Part shown: in pieces, positions 9,436 to 18,296 of the stretch
Layout: the number at the start of each line of letters is the position of its first letter
How positions within the stretch are numbered: the first letter of the stretch is position 1
Source of the DNA: Candidatus Moranbacteria bacterium RIFOXYB1_FULL_43_19
Lineage (GTDB): Bacteria; Patescibacteriota; Minisyncoccia; Moranbacterales; UBA11712
Direction of reading: 5' to 3'
Assembly: GCA_001784875.1 (NCBI GenBank)
Contig: MFSH01000008.1
Span: forward strand, 1,555 to 65,554
DNA length: 64,000 nucleotides
Program-made: the position numbers and the translations under genes
Notes under the pieces: model-generated
What the model saw: the letters and a program-made list of their open reading frames with translations, nothing else
Told to the model about the DNA's origin: nothing
The model's database searches: none

Positions 9436-9594
9436 AAAAACCCCCGCTCCAATTTTGCTGGTGAAAATATTCCAAATATTTCTTTTCATGCTCGATGAAT
9501 ATTGTTGTCGCGCGTCGCTGGATGAAAGAGGGTCGAGTTACTCGCTCGACGCGCCGCGCGTGATGTTCAGCGGCAAAATTGGAGCGGGGCAAGC
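9436..9594. repeat. family F hairpin element with a roughly 20 bp terminal stem (CCCCCGCTCCAATTTTGCTGG ... CAGCGGCAAAATTGGAGCGGGG-CAAGC)
   Basis: Long inverted arms enclose internal GC-rich hairpins. A homologous copy lies at 50086-50196 with a shared internal CTCGATGA(A)TATT. Confidence 0.5.
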
Positions 9595-9797
9595 AAAAAG
9601 GTAAGTGTCCTTACTTTTCGCCAATTGGCGTGAATGACAATATGCCCGTCTTCGCGAGGTCTTCGCAAAGGCGGGTTTTTGTTATATGCGATGCTAATCT
9701 ACAAATAAATGCAAATCAGCGAATTGCGAATATTTTTTTCAGATTTGATTATCTTTGAATTTTGAAATATAATAACAATGCTAAAAAACTTGGAGTT

Positions 9798-11054
9798 ATG
9801 TCATATTTTGAAATAATCGGGGGAAGAAAATTGAATGGAGAGATCGAAGTGAAAGGCGCCAAGAACGCGGCCTTGAAAGCCGTAGCGTCGGCTCTTTTGT
9901 CGCGTGAAAAATGGACAATTACCAATCTCCCGCAAATCGAGGATATAAGCCGGATTTTGGAAATGGTGGAAGATTTGGGCGCGGAAGCAAAAAGAAGCAA
10001 AAATAAAGTTGAAATTCAAGCCAAAAACATCAAAAAAAGCCGTTTAAGCGAGAGACTGGCCGGAAAACTACGGGCTTCGATAATCCTGGCCGGACCGGTT
10101 CTGGCGCGAACGGGAAAAGTTTCCATGCCTTATCCGGGAGGGTGCGTGATCGGCAAGCGCCCCATTGATTTGTTCCTCGCCGGATTCCAGAAAATGGGAG
10201 CCAAAGTGAAATGGCAGGATGACCATTTCAGTTTGTCCGCCAAAAAACTAAAAGGCGCGAAAATATTTTTTCCAAAAATAACCGTGACGGGAACAGAAGC
10301 CATGATGATCACGGCGGTTGTAGCGGAAGGAGAGACGATTCTTGAGAACGCTGCCATGGAACCGGAAATTCCGGCTCTGGCGGAATTTCTCAATCGCTCT
10401 GGCTCAAAAATATCAGGCGCCGGAACGCCGACCATCAGAATAAAAGGGGTGAAAAAAATCGGAGGCGGCCGGATGAAAATTATTCCGGACCGGATCGAAA
10501 CAGGGACATTTGTCATACTCGCGGCGCTTTGCGGAGGAAAAATAAAAATCAAGAACTGCAATCCGGACCATATCAGAGCATTCCTTGCGAATATTCAAAA
10601 AGCGGGTGTCCGGATCGAGGAAGAAAATAACGAGCTTGTCGTTTGGGGAGCGGAAAAAATAAATCCGGTCAACGTGTCAACCCACGAATATCCAGGATTT
10701 GCGACTGATCTTCAGCCGCCTTTCACGCTGCTCATGACGCGGGCCAGGGGGACAAGCCAAATTCACGATCCTATTTTTGAAGGGAGACTGCTTTTCACGG
10801 ATATTTTGAATTCGATGGGAGCGAATATTGTTCTCAATGATCCGCATCGGGCGACGGTTCAAGGGCCGACGAAACTGCGAGGGAGAAAAATTGCGAGCCC
10901 TGATCTTCGGGCGGGGATTACACTTCTTCTTTCCGGACTCATCGCGAAAGGGAAAACGACCGTTGAGAATATTTATCAGATTGACAGGGGATATGAAAGG
11001 ATTGAGGAGAGGCTGCAAAAGTTGGGAGCAGATATCAAGCGAATCGAGAAATAA
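9798..11054 (+). CDS. murA: UDP-N-acetylglucosamine 1-carboxyvinyltransferase
   Basis: The N-terminus reads MSYFEIIGGRKLNGEIEVKGAKNAALK. An active-site Cys lies in the PYPGGCVIGKRPID region (characteristic MurA/EPT fold). The ATG at 9798 is preferred over the upstream TTG. Confidence 0.9.
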   Translation: MSYFEIIGGRKLNGEIEVKGAKNAALKAVASALLSREKWTITNLPQIEDISRILEMVEDLGAEAKRSKNKVEIQAKNIKKSRLSERLAGKLRASIILAGPVLARTGKVSMPYPGGCVIGKRPIDLFLAGFQKMGAKVKWQDDHFSLSAKKLKGAKIFFPKITVTGTEAMMITAVVAEGETILENAAMEPEIPALAEFLNRSGSKISGAGTPTIRIKGVKKIGGGRMKIIPDRIETGTFVILAALCGGKIKIKNCNPDHIRAFLANIQKAGVRIEEENNELVVWGAEKINPVNVSTHEYPGFATDLQPPFTLLMTRARGTSQIHDPIFEGRLLFTDILNSMGANIVLNDPHRATVQGPTKLRGRKIASPDLRAGITLLLSGLIAKGKTTVENIYQIDRGYERIEERLQKLGADIKRIEK

Positions 11055-11058
11055 AAAT

Positions 11059-11190
11059 AAAATCCTAAATCCTAAATCCTAAACTCTAAACAATATCAAA
11101 ATTCAAATTATAAAAATTCAAAACCGTTTTGAAAATTTGTATTTTTGAATTTGAATTTGTTTAGGATTTAGTGCTTAGTGCTTAGGATTT
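11059..11190. repeat. long (~130 nt) near-perfect palindrome between murA and mreB, ending in a T-run; likely acts as a terminator
   Basis: The left arm AAATCCTAAATCCTAAATCCTAAACTCTAAACA mirrors the right arm TGTTTAGGATTTAGTGCTTAGTGCTTAGGATTT. The spacer is itself palindromic. TTTTTTATTTT follows. Confidence 0.5.
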
Positions 11191-11198
11191 TTTATTTT

Positions 11199-12206
11199 AT
11201 GTTTATCAAAAAAATCGGCATTGATTTGGGAACCGCCAACACCCTTGTCTTTCTTCCGGGCAAGGGGATTGTTGTCAATGAGCCGTCTGTTGTGGCTATT
11301 TCCCTCATTGACAATAAGATTCTGGCGGTCGGTAACGAAGCCAAGGAAATGATGGGGAGAACGCCCGAATCCATCACCGCCCAAAGACCCCTGAAAGACG
11401 GTGTAATTGCGGATTATCGGATTACAGAAGCTATGCTTCGCTACTTTATAAACAAAGTAAGCGGCGGTTTTCGGCTAGTGCGACCCGAGGTTATGATTTC
11501 GATTCCGGCCGGAGTCACGTCGACAGAGCGCCGGGCGGTTATTGACGCAGCGGTAAAAGCTGGCGCCAAAACGGCCTATGTCGTCAAAGAGCCGGTTCTG
11601 GCGGCGATTGGAGCGGGGATTCCCATCAACAGTGCGGCGGGAAATATGATTGTTGATATTGGAGGAGGAACGAGCGAAGTGGCAATCATATCTCTCGGAG
11701 GAATTGTGGCGGCTCACAGCGCGCGGGTGGGGGGAAACAAGATAGACCAGGCAATTGCCGATTTCATAAAAAAGAAGCATGGCCTCGCCGTCGGGGAACG
11801 GACAGCCGAGGAAATAAAAATCGCGATCGGGAGCGCCATGCCGCAGACAAAAGATGAATATGTCGAAGTGCGAGGACGCGATCTCATCGCGGGACTTCCG
11901 AAAACAATCCGTGTTTCAGCGAATGAAATGACGGAAGCCATCCAAGACGAGCTTCGGGAAATCATAAACGCGATCAAAAGGGTTCTTCAGGAAACGCCAC
12001 CTGAATTGGCAGCGGACGTAATTGACAAGGGAATGATTCTTTCGGGAGGCGGAGCGCTGCTCCGGAATCTCGATCAGCTTATCACAAAGACAACCGGTGT
12101 TCCGTGCTATGTCGCGGATGATCCGCTTCTTTGCGTCGCAAAAGGAACGGGAATTGCTCTCGAACATCTGGAGATGTATAAGAGAACTATAATGATGTCG
12201 AAATAA
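11199..12206 (+). CDS. mreB: rod-shape-determining protein MreB (paralog 1)
   Basis: The N-terminus reads MFIKKIGIDLGTANTLVF and the actin-fold motifs are present. The ATG at 11199 is used because the track's GTG at 11178 lies inside the palindrome. Confidence 0.9.
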   Translation: MFIKKIGIDLGTANTLVFLPGKGIVVNEPSVVAISLIDNKILAVGNEAKEMMGRTPESITAQRPLKDGVIADYRITEAMLRYFINKVSGGFRLVRPEVMISIPAGVTSTERRAVIDAAVKAGAKTAYVVKEPVLAAIGAGIPINSAAGNMIVDIGGGTSEVAIISLGGIVAAHSARVGGNKIDQAIADFIKKKHGLAVGERTAEEIKIAIGSAMPQTKDEYVEVRGRDLIAGLPKTIRVSANEMTEAIQDELREIINAIKRVLQETPPELAADVIDKGMILSGGGALLRNLDQLITKTTGVPCYVADDPLLCVAKGTGIALEHLEMYKRTIMMSK

Positions 12207-12297
12207 ATCACGAAACACGTAACACAAAAAGAAATGAATTAGGCGAGTTATTATTTAGTTCGGAGTATAGAGTTATGTGCTATGTGTTATGAGTTAT

Positions 12298-13404
12298 ATG
12301 ACTATTGGAATTGACGCCAGTCGCGCGTTTCAAAAAAACAAAACCGGGATTGAAGAGTATTCCTATCAGGTTATCAAGCTCCTGCGCGATTTTTTTAAGG
12401 GCGATCAAGTGATTTTATATTGCAATCCGGCGATAAATATAAAACCGGATTTTAGCTTTCCCGAAAATTGGCAGGTGAAAAATTTGCGCGCGCCGATTTT
12501 TTGGACGCAGGCAAGGCTGTCGCTTGAAATGCTGTTTCATCCCGTGGACGTGTTATTCGTGCCAGCGCATACGGTGCCGCTCATCCATCCCAAAAATACA
12601 ATTGTCACTGTCCACGGCCTTGAATTTGAATTTTGCCCGAAAGCCTATTCGCCTTGGCAAAGATTTTATATGCGCTTCGTGATCAAAAATTCCTGCCGTT
12701 GGGCGAAAAAAATAATCGCAGTGAGCGAGAATACGAAGTCTGACTTAATATCAAAATATAATGTTGATGAAAAAAAAATAAAAGTAATATACGAGGGCTA
12801 CAGCGAGTATAATTTTCAATTTCCAATTTCAAATTTTAAATCGAGTCCAAATAATAAAATTTCAAATTATAGAGGTTACATCTTATTCATAGGGCGCCTC
12901 GAGAATAGAAAGAACATCAATGGTATAGTTGAGGCCTTTGAAATTCTGAAAGAGAAATACAAAATTGCGCATAAATTGATCCTGGTTGGCAAGTTTGGCT
13001 ATGGAGGGGATAAAATAAAAGAAAAAATATATAAAAGCGAATACAAAAACGACATTATTTTGACAGGATACGTGAGCGAAGAGGATAAATATTATTTGCT
13101 GAAAAGCGCGGGTATGTTTTTGTTCCCGACATTTTATGAAGGGTTTGGACTGCCGATTCTCGAAGCGCAGAAGGTCGGCACGCCGGTCGTCACTTCGAAT
13201 GTTTCTTCAATGCCGGAAGTGGCAGGGGATGGGGCGGTTTTGGTTGACCCGAAAGATCCGGGCGCGATTGCGGAAGCGATTTATAAGCTCGTCTCGGACG
13301 AAAGCTATAAAAATGATATAATAGAAAAAGGCCTTGCGAACGTGAAAAGATTTTCGTGGGAAAAATGCAGCCGCGAAATCGCGGATGTAATTCGTAATTT
13401 GTGA
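12298..13404 (+). CDS. GT4-family glycosyltransferase
   Basis: The N-terminus reads MTIGIDASRAF and the retaining-GT EX7E motif (FPTFYEGFGLPILEAQKVGTPVV) is present. The start may be at 12277, 12289 or 12298. Confidence 0.8.
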   Translation: MTIGIDASRAFQKNKTGIEEYSYQVIKLLRDFFKGDQVILYCNPAINIKPDFSFPENWQVKNLRAPIFWTQARLSLEMLFHPVDVLFVPAHTVPLIHPKNTIVTVHGLEFEFCPKAYSPWQRFYMRFVIKNSCRWAKKIIAVSENTKSDLISKYNVDEKKIKVIYEGYSEYNFQFPISNFKSSPNNKISNYRGYILFIGRLENRKNINGIVEAFEILKEKYKIAHKLILVGKFGYGGDKIKEKIYKSEYKNDIILTGYVSEEDKYYLLKSAGMFLFPTFYEGFGLPILEAQKVGTPVVTSNVSSMPEVAGDGAVLVDPKDPGAIAEAIYKLVSDESYKNDIIEKGLANVKRFSWEKCSREIADVIRNL

Positions 13405-13487
13405 ATTTGTAATTTGGATATTTTGAATACTCTCATATATGCATATGTGCATATATGAGAGTGTGCGCACTACGATATATCGTAGTG
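13381..13487. repeat. family D 3'-end element (GATGTAATTCGTAATTTGTGAATTTGTAATTTGG plus two perfect hairpins)
   Basis: The element overlaps the last codons and stop of the GT4 gene. The hairpins CTCTCATATATGCA/TGCATATATGAGAG and CACTACGATATATCGTAGTG follow. A paralogous copy lies at the uvrA 3' end. Confidence 0.5.
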
Positions 13488-13603
13488 AAAAAGTTAAAAG
13501 TTATTTGAAAACGAGGGAAATATATTTGGATAAAAAAACCGGACCGGTTCACAGATGAAAATTGTGAGCGGGCCCGGGGGGATTTTTTCAATATTTTGGT
13601 TAG

Positions 13604-13882
13604 CTACAACATAACCTCAATAATTTCTGTTTCAGGGGGCAGGAATTGAAGCTTACCCGTAGCCAAATCCAGTACTGCGATATTATTGTCCATCAGCTCC
13701 CTGGTTCTTTCTTCGCCCAAGTATAGAGCGAATTCATCGATCCGTTGACAGATCCTAAGTTTATTGCCATCTGGGTGGAATTGGCGAGCGTTAGATAAAA
13801 TTTGATGAACTTCACTCGCGACAATGAACCTGGATTTAGCTGGACAAAATCGGAGTTTTGCAAGGTGCTCTCCTTTTTTCAT
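13604..13882 (-). CDS. hypothetical small protein (92 aa)
   Basis: GGAGG lies 4 nt upstream of the ATG on the minus strand. No family was recognised. Confidence 0.3.
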   Translation of the reverse strand: MKKGEHLAKLRFCPAKSRFIVASEVHQILSNARQFHPDGNKLRICQRIDEFALYLGEERTRELMDNNIAVLDLATGKLQFLPPETEIIEVML

Positions 13883-13914
13883 GGCTCCTCCTAGAGTTCT
13901 ATTATTTTAATCAA

Positions 13915-15093
13915 ATGATTTCGAATCACTCTATCACAACTAATAAACTTCGTCAAGGATTCAAAGTGGCTCTTGTCCACGATTTTCTGAACCAACACGG
14001 CGGGGCGGAGAGGGTGCTTTTGGCGTTGCACGAGATATTTACCGAAGCGCCGATTTATACTTTGCTTTATGACCCTCAAAAAATGCGGGGGAAATTCAAG
14101 GACGCCGACGTTCGGCCGTCGTTCCTTCAAAAATTTCCGAAGTTTTTGAAAAAGCGACATAAGTGGCTTTTGCCTCTTATGCCGACTGCGCCGGAGACTT
14201 TCAACCTTCGGGATTTTGATCTGGTGATTTCTTCTTCGAGCGCTTTCGCCAAGGGAATAATAGTCAAACCAAAAACAATTCACATCTGCTACTGCCACAG
14301 CCCCATGAGATACGCCTGGGATTGGAACGAAAAATATCTCGACGAGCAGGGGCTGGGCACGAAAAGACGGATCCTGGCGCGGCTTCTTCTCAATTATGTC
14401 CGGATGTGGGACAAAGTGGCGGCGGACCGGGTGGATTTTTTCATCGCCAATTCAAAATATACCAGGGAGAGAATAAAAAAATACTATGGCTGCGAAAGTG
14501 CGGTCGTTTATCCGCCAGTGGATATTTCTTCCAAGACTAAATCTGGGAGCGATTTCCAAGACTTAGTCTTGGAAAAACGGGGTTACTTTTTGATTGTTTC
14601 CCGGCTATCGCCATACAAGAAAGTTGAAATCGCCGTGGAAGCCATGAACAAATTGAATCTTCCGCTCTTGGTAATTGGAGAAGGTTCTCCGAAATACGTG
14701 AAATACCTGAAATCAATCGCGGGGCCGAAAACGAAATTTCTGGGATTCCTACCGGATGAAATGATAAAAAAATATTTTTTCGGATGCCGAGCCTTCATTT
14801 TTCCGGGAGAAGATGATTTTGGAATCGCACCGGTTGAAGCCATGTCTTTTGGAAAGCCGGTGATTGCTTTCCGGCGGGGAGGAGCCATGGAAACGGTTGT
14901 CGAAGGAGAAACGGGAGAATTTTTTAACGAGCCAACAATTGAAGTTCTGGCCGACGCGGTGCGCCGGTTCCAGGAAAATGAAAAAAATTATGACCCGGAA
15001 AAAATCCAGCATCAGGCGCAAAAGTTTTCAAAAGAAAAATTTCGGGAGCATTTTTTGGAGGAAATTGAAAAAATAATACAAATACGCGATTGA
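13915..15093 (+). CDS. GT4-family glycosyltransferase
   Basis: The N-terminus has KVALVHDFLNQHGGAERVL and the C-terminus has the EX7E motif (FPGEDDFGIAPVEAMSFGKPVIA). It carries an in-frame CCAAGACTTAGTCTTGG repeat at 14531-14572. The ATG at 13915 is preferred over the TTG at 13858. Confidence 0.8.
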   Translation: MISNHSITTNKLRQGFKVALVHDFLNQHGGAERVLLALHEIFTEAPIYTLLYDPQKMRGKFKDADVRPSFLQKFPKFLKKRHKWLLPLMPTAPETFNLRDFDLVISSSSAFAKGIIVKPKTIHICYCHSPMRYAWDWNEKYLDEQGLGTKRRILARLLLNYVRMWDKVAADRVDFFIANSKYTRERIKKYYGCESAVVYPPVDISSKTKSGSDFQDLVLEKRGYFLIVSRLSPYKKVEIAVEAMNKLNLPLLVIGEGSPKYVKYLKSIAGPKTKFLGFLPDEMIKKYFFGCRAFIFPGEDDFGIAPVEAMSFGKPVIAFRRGGAMETVVEGETGEFFNEPTIEVLADAVRRFQENEKNYDPEKIQHQAQKFSKEKFREHFLEEIEKIIQIRD

Positions 15094-15114
15094 AATGCAA
15101 AATGAAAAATATCT

Positions 15115-15567
15115 ATGAAAAAGAAGAAGTTTAAAATTGTTCCAGCAGCATACCTGGTTTTAGCCAAAAAGAAAAAAGTGCTAATGCTTCGAAGGTTCAA
15201 TACGGGATATGAGGATGGGAATTATAGTCTCGTTGCCGGTCATTTAGAGGGCAATGAGTCTTTTCGTAAATGCCTGGTTAGAGAAGCCAAAGAAGAAGCA
15301 AATATAATACTAAATGAAAATGATCTGGAAATTGTTCATGTCATGCATCGGAGAACTACGTTTCACGATGTTGGGTTGAGAGAAAGAATTGATATTTTTA
15401 TTGCTGCGAAAAAATGGAAAGGAGAGATAAAAAATGTGGAACCTCATAAATGTGACGACTTAAGCTGGTTTCCTCTAAAAAAAATTCCAAAAAATACGAT
15501 TCCATACATTAAACTTGTTCTAAAAAATATTTCGAAGGGTGTATTTTATAGTGAATTTGGATTTTAG
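15115..15567 (+). CDS. NUDIX hydrolase
   Basis: The Nudix box GHLEGNESFRKCLVREAKEEANI is present. Confidence 0.8.
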   Translation: MKKKKFKIVPAAYLVLAKKKKVLMLRRFNTGYEDGNYSLVAGHLEGNESFRKCLVREAKEEANIILNENDLEIVHVMHRRTTFHDVGLRERIDIFIAAKKWKGEIKNVEPHKCDDLSWFPLKKIPKNTIPYIKLVLKNISKGVFYSEFGF

Positions 15568-15570
15568 TTT

Positions 15571-16398
15571 ATGCAAAATGATTTTTCTCCAAAAATAAAA
15601 ACCTATCTCGACCGGCTGGCGGCCTCACCCAAGCGGCCGAATTCCTTTTTGTTTGCCGGGGCGCAGCGAACGGGGAAAGCGGAAGCGGCGGAATATTTTG
15701 TTTCGAAACTGGCCCAAAAAACGGGAGATGCGGAATTTTTACGAAGGTTCAGGGGAAAAGTCCATCCGGATGTGGTTGTGATCGAGCCAGAAACTGTCGA
15801 AGACAAAAAGGGCAGGATCCGGGAAAAAGAAATCACAGCTTCGCAAATCCGAGAGGCGTGCCAAAGGCTGAAATTTTTTCCTTATGAGCTTGAAAAAAAG
15901 TTCTGCCTTATCAAAAAATCCCAGCGAATGAATGCCGAAGCTTCGAACGCGCTTCTCAAAATTCTCGAGGAGCCGACAAAAAGCACTTTTTTTATCCTTC
16001 TGGCAGGCGACACCGATTCGGTTTTGCCGACAATTTCTTCGCGCTGCGCTGTCTTGAGGTTTCCCAGGACAGAGCTTCCCGTTTGGAACGAAGAAAACCG
16101 CGAGAAGTTCCGAAATATTTTCAAGGAAGAAATCTTTGAAAAATTCGATTATATTGAAAAAATTTCCCGCGACAAAAATGAATTTTCCGGGATTCTCAAA
16201 GATTGGGAAGCAGTGGCGGCGGAAGGGATGCGAAAACTTGCGACAGGAGACCAGGGAGGCGGGAACAATTTGGGGAAAATGAAAAAAGTTGCGGTCTTGC
16301 TTGAGAATATCAGGGAAGCTATCGATCAACTGGAGCGCACAAACGCGAGTGCGAGGGCAGTGGGGGAGAAATTGATGTTGGAAATGAGTAGTGGGTAA
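15571..16398 (+). CDS. holB: DNA polymerase III delta-prime subunit (AAA+ clamp-loader subunit)
   Basis: The product carries FAGAQRTGKAEAAEYF, the sensor motif NALLKILEEP and the SRC-like SRCAVLRF. Confidence 0.75.
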   Translation: MQNDFSPKIKTYLDRLAASPKRPNSFLFAGAQRTGKAEAAEYFVSKLAQKTGDAEFLRRFRGKVHPDVVVIEPETVEDKKGRIREKEITASQIREACQRLKFFPYELEKKFCLIKKSQRMNAEASNALLKILEEPTKSTFFILLAGDTDSVLPTISSRCAVLRFPRTELPVWNEENREKFRNIFKEEIFEKFDYIEKISRDKNEFSGILKDWEAVAAEGMRKLATGDQGGGNNLGKMKKVAVLLENIREAIDQLERTNASARAVGEKLMLEMSSG

Positions 16399-16493
16399 CG
16401 AGGCAGTGAGCAGTGGGATTGGCCGTGTGTCTTGAGTTGTGAGAAAAAAATCCTATAACTCACTGCTAATGACCTGGCTCACAGCCCACAGCC
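16390..16493. repeat. family E intergenic imperfect inverted repeat (GTGAGCAGTGGG ... CACTGC...CTCACAGCCCACAGCC)
   Basis: Related copies lie at 18297-18417, 25105-25222 and 31630-31735. Each sits immediately downstream of a gene. Confidence 0.5.
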
Positions 16494-16532
16494 ATGTTAC
16501 TAATGACTAAAATATATGCTATAATTCGCAAT

Positions 16533-17600
16533 ATGAAGCATACTTCAAAAATTTTATTATTATTACCGACAATGATATTCCTCTCTGCTTGTTCTCTAAC
16601 CGGCGGCGGGAATGATGGGGGCATTTTTCGTTCGGACGACGGCGGAAAGACATTCGCGTCCAAAGACAAGGCCGAAAACAATCGGACTATCAGCGGAGTC
16701 GACATTTTGAGTCTTGCGGTTAATCCTCAAAACGGAAACGAGATATACGCAGGCTCGAAAGCGAGCGGCATTTTCAAATCAACTGACGGAGGCGAGCTTT
16801 GGAAGCAACTGGGAGTTTCCCGGCTTACTCCGGCAAAAGTCTATTCTTTGGCGATTGACCCGATGAATCCCAACACCCTTTATGCCGTTGCAGCCATTGG
16901 CAAAAGAGGGAAAATCATGAAATCAACCGATACCGGAGAAACTTGGAAGGACACCTATTCGGAGCCGTCTGACGGGTCGCTTGTTCTTTCGGTTGCTTTG
17001 AATCCGCAAAAACCATCAGATATTTTTGCCGGGACGGACCAGGGACAGATAATTTTTTCCGAAGATTCGGGAGAAACATGGAGGAGCGCTTATTGGACGG
17101 AAGGAAAAGCAGCGGTCTCAAAAATTGTCTTTGACAATGCCAATCCGGATTCGGCCTATTTCGTCCTGTTTGAAAAAGGAATCATAAGAACAACTGACGA
17201 AGGGAAAAATTTCGAAGCGCTAAGCTGGAAAAAAGACGATCGAACTTTTTCTTTTGGAAGCGGGCTTGGTGGGGCGGTTTCATTTGAGACGGATCCAATG
17301 CGCGGAGGATGGGTATACGCAGGAACATCCGAAGGGCTCTTGAGGAGCAAGGACGGGGGCGATAACTGGGAAATCGTGAAAACTCTTAGCAATCCAAACG
17401 AACTCAATATCCGCTCGATCGCCGTCAATCCGCAAAATTCGGATGAAATAATTTGCACCGTGGCGCAGGCGCTGTATAAGTCCGTTGACGGGGGAGTGAA
17501 TTGGCTGCCGGTTCAGTTTGACACGAGCCGGACTCTCGAAGTGGCCGAATATAACCCCCAAAACCCGGGGCAGGTTTTTGTGGGACTGAATAAACGGTAA
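16533..17600 (+). CDS. BNR/Asp-box repeat beta-propeller lipoprotein (Ycf48/sialidase-like)
   Basis: A lipobox (LLLLPTMIFLSAC) is followed by seven SxDxGxTW repeats (SDDGGKTF, STDGGELW, STDTGETW, SEDSGETW, TTDEGKNF, SKDGGDNW, SVDGGVNW). Confidence 0.65.
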   Translation: MKHTSKILLLLPTMIFLSACSLTGGGNDGGIFRSDDGGKTFASKDKAENNRTISGVDILSLAVNPQNGNEIYAGSKASGIFKSTDGGELWKQLGVSRLTPAKVYSLAIDPMNPNTLYAVAAIGKRGKIMKSTDTGETWKDTYSEPSDGSLVLSVALNPQKPSDIFAGTDQGQIIFSEDSGETWRSAYWTEGKAAVSKIVFDNANPDSAYFVLFEKGIIRTTDEGKNFEALSWKKDDRTFSFGSGLGGAVSFETDPMRGGWVYAGTSEGLLRSKDGGDNWEIVKTLSNPNELNIRSIAVNPQNSDEIICTVAQALYKSVDGGVNWLPVQFDTSRTLEVAEYNPQNPGQVFVGLNKR

Positions 17601-17737
17601 AGTTCACTTCATGTTTTTAAGCGAAAAATTAAACTTTCTTAAATAGGCTAACCTTGTTTGCCTTGCAAGCATGGCAAACAAGAACGCGATATTTTCGAAA
17701 GATTAATTTTCCGCTTTTAATAATTATTCCTAACTTT

Positions 17738-18295
17738 ATGCTTGACCAAATCATCCAAAAATCAAAGCCGGAAATGGAGAAGGCGGTTGAGAGGTTCAGG
17801 GAGGAAATCGCGAAACTTCGCACAGGCCGGGCCAATCCGGCGATGGTGGAAAATCTGCCAGTTGACTATTACGGCGCCAAAAGCCCCCTAAAACAGGTGG
17901 CGAGCATCACTGTTCCCGAACCGCGGCTCGTTGTCATCACTCCCTGGAACAAGGACAATTTGGTTGACATCGAAAAAGCCGTGAGCGAATCGGGGCTGGG
18001 GCTGAACCCGACCAATGACGGACAAGTCGTCCGGATTGCCATTCCGCCTCTCAACGAGGAGCGCCGGACGGAGCTTGTGAAAGTTTTGGGAAAATATTCC
18101 GAGGAGGCGCGCGTATTAATTCGGCAGGCGCGTGAAGAGGCTTGGGATGAAATACAGGATATGGTGAAAAATGGAAAATTGGGCGAAGACGCGAAATTCA
18201 AAGGAAAGGAACAGCTCCAGAAATTGATTGATGAATATAACGGGAAAGTAGAAGAAGTGAGGGGGAAGAAAGAGAAGGAAATTATGGAAATATAG
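17738..18295 (+). CDS. frr: ribosome recycling factor
   Basis: The N-terminus reads MLDQIIQKSKPEMEKAVERFREEIAKLRTGRANPAMVENLPVDYYG. The ATG at 17738 is preferred over the track start. Confidence 0.9.
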   Translation: MLDQIIQKSKPEMEKAVERFREEIAKLRTGRANPAMVENLPVDYYGAKSPLKQVASITVPEPRLVVITPWNKDNLVDIEKAVSESGLGLNPTNDGQVVRIAIPPLNEERRTELVKVLGKYSEEARVLIRQAREEAWDEIQDMVKNGKLGEDAKFKGKEQLQKLIDEYNGKVEEVRGKKEKEIMEI

Positions 18296-18296
18296 T

